Below, piece by piece: positions 15,718 through 20,000 of a stretch of 20,000 nucleotides of DNA; position 1 is the first letter of the stretch; every line of letters starts with the position of its first letter. Under the pieces are notes generated by a model. The model saw only the letters and a list, made by a program, of their open reading frames with translations, had not been told where the DNA came from and did no database searches. A program made the position numbers and the translations under genes. Source of the DNA: an uncultured virus (IMG/VR IMGVR_UViG_3300031965_000010) (taxonomy: Duplodnaviria > Heunggongvirae > Uroviricota > Caudoviricetes); the IMG/VR virus record IMGVR_UViG_3300031965_000010; one strand, 5' to 3'.

Positions 15718-17886
15718 ATGGCGAGTCTCCAAGCCCTCGTAGTTTCAGGCGGACGCACACAGCGAATCAACAACGCCGACACGTTGTTGGTCGGTGTTGG
15801 TCTCGACGTCAACGCCGCGGGCACGCTGTCAATCGGAGCCACGACGCAAACGGCCATCTCGATCTCGCGCGCCGGTATTCTCACGACCGTCGTCGACGAC
15901 CTTACCGTCGGCGGCAACAACCTGAACATCAACACGGTCACCTACGCGTGGCCGGGCGCGCAAGGCGGCGCGAGCACGGTCCTCACGAACGATGGCGCAG
16001 GAAATCTTACGTGGTCTTCTGCTGGCGCTAGCAGTGGGTGGACGGACGATGGAACCGTTGTTCGACTGACGACCGCGACAGATCAAGTTGCCATCGGAAC
16101 TGCATCGCCTGCTGCCGGTGACGTGCTTACCGTTATCGGTTCGGCGACGGGACACTCCTTGGCTATCGCGGCCGGAACGCTCGCGACAAACAAGAGAGCG
16201 CTCAACATCACGGCGACTCTTCCGGCGACGGCCGGAACGGAAGTCGGCCTTTTCGTCAACCCGACGACAACAGCGGGCGGGACGGGAGACGTGTTTGCGA
16301 TTCGGGCAATTCTTGGAGCAGGGTCGACGACCTCTGGTACCGGAATCGCCGCTGGCGCGCAGTACATCAATTCGGTCGCCGGCACCGGAGATCTCAATCC
16401 GATCTCGAACATCACAGCGCGCGGTTATAACGCAGCTGTCGTCGGATTTCTCACGCCGACGACTGCGGGAACCAATCTTGCGATTCGCGGTCACGCTGGC
16501 GGCTCGACCGTTTTTGCGGCGGCGATCAGCGGCTTTCTCGACAGCGTAGGGGCTGGCTCCACAAATTTCGGTACGATCGGCGCGGCGACGTCGACGGATA
16601 ATGCGAACGGCGTTCGAATCGGAGCTGGCGGTTTTGCGACGAACGGCACCACGGACATCGGCGGTCTGTTCTCTTTGCAGAACACGACTCCGACGTTTTC
16701 CGGAGCGTTCGCATCGGCCGGTTTGATCGCGTGCAACGGTACGACGTCTTCGGACATCTTCCGCGCCGTCGACGACACGACGATCGTCGCTACTATTCCG
16801 AACGGCGGCGGCTTCAATCCCGGCGCCGACGACACGTACGATCTCGGAACGAACGTTCTTCGTTGGCGAGACCTCTATCTCGGACCGGCGACGCTTCATA
16901 TCGGAACTTCGACGAGCGACGAGGGAGTGATCACCTACGACACGTTGACGAACGTGCTCACGATCGCATCGACCGGAACCGTCGATGTCACGTCTCTGCT
17001 CTCTGTGTCGCGCACTTCCGGCGACGCGTCGTTCTCGGTGGAGACGACCGACGACACGGGCGCGAGCTACATCTTCGCGCAGTACAACGACGGAGGCACG
17101 GACAACTTCGCGGAGCTTCTCGCGGACACGGACGGTGCCTCGCTCGTTCTGACTGCCGAAGCAACGAAAGTCGCGCGGATCAATGCAGCTAGCTCCGCGC
17201 TCACCATCGAAGGTTTCGCGAGCAGCGAAATCGTCATCAACGATCTAGGACAGGACGTCAACTTTCGAATCGAAGGCGACACGACCCCGAACCTGTTCGT
17301 GGTCGATGCGGCACAAGATCGAGTCGGCATCAACCGAACGCTGAACACGCTCGGCGCGATGCTCGACGTCGACAACGGTGCCTCCGGAGACTCGCTCTTC
17401 ATCCTGCGCGCGAACGGGTCGATCGTCTTCGAAGCAGACCCGACGGGCGACGTCACGATCTCGAACGCGAGTCTGACTGTCGACGGAGACTTGACCCTGA
17501 CCGGAATCGTGACCGGCGGGATGGTGGTCGACACGAGTCTCGCCGCAGACAACGAATTTGCTCTTCACGATCTTTCTCCGGCCGCACTGGGGACGACCGA
17601 AAACGACTATGCGGGAGCGAACGGAACATCGTTCGCGCGCCTGTCCGGAGCCGGTGGTGGTTCGACCATCACCGGAATCGCAGGCGGCTCGGACGGTCGC
17701 ATGCTGATCATCGTGAACGTCAGCGCGAACACCATCACGCTGAACCATCAGGATGCGGGCTCGACGGCGTCCAATCGCATCATCACTTCGACAGGTCTGG
17801 CTGTCGTGTTGGGTGCCGACGATACCGTGGTCCTGATTTACGACAGCGTGACTACGCGTTGGCGGCAGATCACTGCAATGGCTTGA
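15718..17886 (+). CDS. Tail/head fibre protein (722 aa)
   Basis: G/A/T-rich; VLTNDGAGNLTW, PGADDTYDLGT...RWRDLYL, DVNFRIEGD...NLF.VDA..DRVGI and C-terminal LIYDS.TTRWR fibre modules. Confidence 0.8.
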   Translation: MASLQALVVSGGRTQRINNADTLLVGVGLDVNAAGTLSIGATTQTAISISRAGILTTVVDDLTVGGNNLNINTVTYAWPGAQGGASTVLTNDGAGNLTWSSAGASSGWTDDGTVVRLTTATDQVAIGTASPAAGDVLTVIGSATGHSLAIAAGTLATNKRALNITATLPATAGTEVGLFVNPTTTAGGTGDVFAIRAILGAGSTTSGTGIAAGAQYINSVAGTGDLNPISNITARGYNAAVVGFLTPTTAGTNLAIRGHAGGSTVFAAAISGFLDSVGAGSTNFGTIGAATSTDNANGVRIGAGGFATNGTTDIGGLFSLQNTTPTFSGAFASAGLIACNGTTSSDIFRAVDDTTIVATIPNGGGFNPGADDTYDLGTNVLRWRDLYLGPATLHIGTSTSDEGVITYDTLTNVLTIASTGTVDVTSLLSVSRTSGDASFSVETTDDTGASYIFAQYNDGGTDNFAELLADTDGASLVLTAEATKVARINAASSALTIEGFASSEIVINDLGQDVNFRIEGDTTPNLFVVDAAQDRVGINRTLNTLGAMLDVDNGASGDSLFILRANGSIVFEADPTGDVTISNASLTVDGDLTLTGIVTGGMVVDTSLAADNEFALHDLSPAALGTTENDYAGANGTSFARLSGAGGGSTITGIAGGSDGRMLIIVNVSANTITLNHQDAGSTASNRIITSTGLAVVLGADDTVVLIYDSVTTRWRQITAMA

Positions 17887-17931
17887 TGTTTGACGAGCGC
17901 GAGCGCTGCTCGCCAAAAATAGGAGAGACAG

Positions 17932-19797
17932 ATGGCAGACTTGAAAGCGCTAGTAACTTCCGGTGGACGAACGCAGCAGATTGCGAACGCAGATTCTCTG
18001 CTCGTTGGTACTGGGATTAAAGGGAACGCGGGTCCGTTGAGCATCGGCACCGTTGGACAACTCACGACAGTGCTCGGCGACTTTCAAGTCGATGGGACCG
18101 AGACGATCGTAGGCGGCACGACGTTCCAGAGTGACGCGACGTTCCAAGGCAACGTCACGTTCGGTAACGCGGCGACCGACACCGTGGCGTTCATCTCGCG
18201 CGTGGGTCCGGGCGCGAATCCCGACGTGCACTTCCTCAAGGAAGTGAACCACACGATCGACGTCGACGCCTCCACGACCGCAGCCACGGCCGGTGGCAGT
18301 CTGACGATCGCCTCGGGCGACGGCAATGGTGCCGCGGGCGGCGCGCTCTCGCTCGATACTGGTACGGGCACAGCAGGTGGCGCTCTGTCGATCGGCGCTA
18401 CAGATGCCGCCTCGGTCGCCATTGGACATTCGGGCATCACAACGACGGTGACGGGCAACCTCGCGCAGCTCACCGGCACGTTGAACCTCAACGCGACGGG
18501 TACTGCGGTGGTCGATGCGTCGACGTCGCTGACGCTCGGCGGAACGAACGCAACCTCGATTGCAATCGGTCATTCCGGAATCACGTCAACGTTCGCGGCT
18601 GGCAGTGCGGTCGTTATCCCCGCGTCGAACACTACAACGGCGGCGTTGACACTCAACTCCATCGCGTACCAGTTCCCCGCCGCTCAGGCAGCGGGCCAGG
18701 TCCTTACGACTGACGGCGCTGGTGTTCTGACATGGACAACGGCTGCCACAGGCACCGTCACAGGTACCGGTGTTGCGAATAGAATCGCGTATTGGACGAG
18801 CGCGTCGAACATCAGCAACGACGCCAACCTGTTGTTCGATCCTGCTGGTGCAGCGTCGATCGACGCAACTACGTCGTTGACGCTCGGCGGAACGAACGCG
18901 ACCAGTGTCGCCATCGGTCACTCCGGCATCACGACGACGGTGACGGGCAGCCTCGCGCAGCTCACAGGCACGTTGAACCTCAACGCGACCGGTATTGCGG
19001 TGGTCGATGCGTCGACGTCGTTGACGCTCGGTGGAACGAACGCGACGAGCGTCGCCATCGGTCACTCGGGCATCACGACGACTGTGACAGGCAACCTCGT
19101 GCAGCTCACCGGCACGTTGAACCTCAACGCGACGGGTACTGCGGTGGTTGATGCGTCGACGTCGTTGACGCTCGGCGGAACGAACGCAACCTCGATTGCA
19201 ATCGGTCATTCCGGAATCACAACCACGTTCGCTGCCGGCTCGGCGGTCGTGATCCCCGCGTCGAACACTACAACGGCGGCGTTGACCCTCAACTCCCTCG
19301 CGTACCAATTCCCGACGACTCAATCGGCCGGCGCGGTGCTTACGACCGACGGTGCAGGCGTCCTCACATGGTCGTCCTCCGGGTCGATCTCCCAGCTCAC
19401 GATTTCCGGTCAAACGACGACCGGGCTAGGGGACGGGGATTTCGCTTACGTTTCAGCAGCGAATACGTGGTCGAAGGCGCAAAACGACGGCACCGACACG
19501 CAATCGGTCGCAGTGGCGGTCAACGAAGGAACGGTCGGGTCGATGTCCCTCCCGGGTTCGGTCATCGAGAACGCGAAGTTCACGACGGCTGGCGGGTCCC
19601 CGGCAATCGGCGCGGAGGTCTTCCTTGCGGCGGCGGCGGATGACGGCGCAACCGGAGCGGGCAAGGCAACGGCAACGGCACCCACGGCTACGGGTTCCTT
19701 CTTGACGATTCTTGGTGTATGCGTGAACGATGCCAACTACGCGGGATCTAAGACGGCGAAAATCATCTTCAGGCCGATGTCGCCGATCTTGTTGTAG
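17932..19797 (+). CDS. Tail/head fibre protein with internal repeats (621 aa)
   Basis: SD AGGAG; N-terminus paralogous to the 15718 gene; 48-aa repeats; VLTTDGAGVLTW twice; DUF2190-like C-terminus. Confidence 0.8.
   Translation: MADLKALVTSGGRTQQIANADSLLVGTGIKGNAGPLSIGTVGQLTTVLGDFQVDGTETIVGGTTFQSDATFQGNVTFGNAATDTVAFISRVGPGANPDVHFLKEVNHTIDVDASTTAATAGGSLTIASGDGNGAAGGALSLDTGTGTAGGALSIGATDAASVAIGHSGITTTVTGNLAQLTGTLNLNATGTAVVDASTSLTLGGTNATSIAIGHSGITSTFAAGSAVVIPASNTTTAALTLNSIAYQFPAAQAAGQVLTTDGAGVLTWTTAATGTVTGTGVANRIAYWTSASNISNDANLLFDPAGAASIDATTSLTLGGTNATSVAIGHSGITTTVTGSLAQLTGTLNLNATGIAVVDASTSLTLGGTNATSVAIGHSGITTTVTGNLVQLTGTLNLNATGTAVVDASTSLTLGGTNATSIAIGHSGITTTFAAGSAVVIPASNTTTAALTLNSLAYQFPTTQSAGAVLTTDGAGVLTWSSSGSISQLTISGQTTTGLGDGDFAYVSAANTWSKAQNDGTDTQSVAVAVNEGTVGSMSLPGSVIENAKFTTAGGSPAIGAEVFLAAAADDGATGAGKATATAPTATGSFLTILGVCVNDANYAGSKTAKIIFRPMSPILL
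18412..19371 (+). repeat. In-frame internal duplications: ~330-bp block at 636-bp offset and 144-bp tandem units
   Basis: ~18412-18735 matches ~19048-19371; unit DASTSLTLGGTNATSVAIGHSGITTTVTG... recurs near 18862, 19006 and 19150. Confidence 0.9.
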
Positions 19798-19803
19798 CGA
19801 AGT

Positions 19804-19839
19804 CCTCGACGCATTCAGAATTCTCTGAGTGCGTCGAGG
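19804..19839 (+). other. Strong intergenic hairpin (16-bp stem, one GU); terminator or processing/stability element
   Basis: cctcgacgcattcaga-attc-tctgagtgcgtcgagg; no proper U-tract follows. Confidence 0.7.
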
Positions 19840-19869
19840 TTCGTGCTCCCGTAGGAGATCGAGACACAC

Positions 19870-20000
19870 ATGAGCAGCAAGAAGAACGGACATGCGGTGG
19901 AAAAGAACGGACACTCGACGGAGAAGAAAGCAGACCTTGCTGTAGGTAAGACTTTGCAGTTGAGCACCGAGGATGCCGGTACAGCACGCACTTCATTGGA
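19870..20000 (+). CDS. Hypothetical protein, 5' part only
   Basis: ATG19870 opens MSSKKNGHAVEKNGHSTEKK... to the window end; AGGAG lies upstream but distant. Confidence 0.55.
   Translation, partial: MSSKKNGHAVEKNGHSTEKKADLAVGKTLQLSTEDAGTARTSL

Noticed and set aside
18412..19371. Diversity-generating retroelement TR/VR pair or CRISPR array
   Set aside because: Both copies are in frame in one gene, differences are not adenine-specific, there is no reverse transcriptase, and there are no unique spacers.
15829..19413. Long minus-strand ORFs (e.g. 15829-16899, 18586-19413; also 240-1010, 2774-3550)
   Set aside because: Arg-rich shadow ORFs of GC-rich plus-strand genes, with no motifs or RBS.

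Overview
A dsDNA tailed-phage genome segment (about 60% GC, almost all genes on +, many ATGA/GTGA-coupled). Positions 1-14311 form a replication/recombination/nucleotide-metabolism block: 3' end of an SF2 helicase, OB-fold SSB-like gene, small Sm/Hfq-fold protein, YfdR-type HD hydrolase, family A DNA polymerase with 3'-5' exonuclease, two free-standing HNH endonucleases, oligoribonuclease, a degenerate HD protein, RuvC-like resolvase, DUF3310 protein, a FimB/FimE-type tyrosine recombinase and several small or Zn-finger hypotheticals. One minus-strand RlpA-like (DPBB) lytic transglycosylase separates this block from a virion fibre/decoration block (14832-20000). The most unusual items are: a densely structured 163-nt RNA leader (anti-SD hairpin, H-type pseudoknot, UUCG hairpin) directly upstream of the Sm-like gene; non-canonical PolA motifs A, B and C; an HD protein that has lost its metal ligands; and a core-binding-domain-less recombinase with no lysogeny cassette. 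All calls come from reading motifs by eye; no searches were run.
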